Source of the DNA: Nostoc punctiforme PCC 73102 | GTDB lineage: Bacteria > Cyanobacteriota > Cyanobacteriia > Cyanobacteriales > Nostocaceae | DNA: 32,000 nucleotides | NCBI RefSeq assembly: GCF_000020025.1 | Contig: NC_010631.1 | Location: forward strand, 90,001 to 122,000 | Reading direction: 5' to 3' | Part shown: positions 31,756 to 32,000 of the stretch, piece by piece | Numbering within the stretch: position 1 is the first letter of the stretch | Layout: each line of letters starts with the position of its first letter | Translations under genes and position numbers: made by a program | The notes under the pieces: model-generated | What the model was told of the DNA's origin: nothing | What the model saw: the letters and a program-made list of their open reading frames with translations, nothing else | The model's database searches: none

Positions 31756-32000
31756 TTGAAAAAAATTCAGACTTACTTTGTACAATCAATTTGTCTATGT
31801 ATTCTCGCCATTACCTACTTGCCTAATATCAATATTTTGGCAAATAACAAGGTTTTAGCGCAAACCACAAATGCCGATGAACCATCAATTCTAGAAACCC
31901 AAACTTCCACCTCTAACCGATTACAAAAATTACTCATTGAACAGAATAAACCTGAAGCAGCGTTAGAAATTTCCGAACGCAGCCGTAACCGTGCATTAGT
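31756..32000 (+). CDS. CHAT-family protein lacking a TPR array (N-terminal fragment; runs off the window); probable TTG start
   Basis: The frame is open from 31744 to the window end. It reads (TTG)KKIQTYFVQSICLCILAITYLPNINILA (signal-like), then ...NRLQKLLIEQNKPEAALEISERSRNRAL. That segment matches the ..ALEISERSRARAF.. stretch that follows the TPR array in the other CHAT proteins here. Confidence 0.55.
   Translation, partial: MKKIQTYFVQSICLCILAITYLPNINILANNKVLAQTTNADEPSILETQTSTSNRLQKLLIEQNKPEAALEISERSRNRAL

Noticed and set aside
1-32000. Frequent GCGATCGC octamers, for example at 1741, 7336, 14460, 25201, 27351 and 30529, as a possible local regulatory or restriction-related signal.
   Set aside because: This is the HIP1 palindrome, which is over-represented genome-wide in many cyanobacteria. 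I treated it as a taxonomic background signature rather than a local feature.

Overview
The window looks like an accessory region from a filamentous, Nostocales-like cyanobacterium. The taxonomic guess rests on the many HIP1 GCGATCGC sites, G-rich palindromic mini-repeats, IS630 and IS4 copies, and the gene content. There are two functional blocks. Block 1 (about 3.6-17.2 kb, + strand) is a class II lanthipeptide cluster. It encodes a small membrane peptide, an AraC-type regulator with a degenerate receiver domain, and a ProcM-like LanM with a CCG zinc motif. It also encodes one Nif11-leader precursor (GG cleavage site, 25-aa core), a GNAT acetyltransferase, and the three-gene export cassette: HlyD, a C39-peptidase ABC transporter and a second ABC transporter without a peptidase domain. 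Block 2 flanks block 1 on both sides (1-1775 and 17.9-32 kb) and is an island of caspase-like CHAT proteins. It holds three signal-peptide TPR-CHAT paralogs, one CHAT protein without TPRs, and a CHAT-TM-CHASE2 fusion translationally coupled to a DUF928-like periplasmic protein. It also holds a translationally coupled pair made of a sigma-70-like HTH protein and a DUF1822-like protein, and a small TPR gene broken by an in-frame TAA. A bipartite motif, TTT(G/A)CATA..N..GAGAGATATATA, precedes the CHAT/TPR genes and also occurs twice upstream of the lanthipeptide cluster, so the two blocks may share regulation. I think the sigma-like/DUF1822/TPR-CHAT/CHAT-CHASE2/DUF928 module is the best candidate for an undescribed system. 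An IS630 element and an IS4 element, both with identifiable TIRs and target duplications, sit in two regulatory regions of this island. I saw no rRNA, tRNA or CRISPR array. All family assignments come from motif reading by eye and need HMM or BLAST confirmation.
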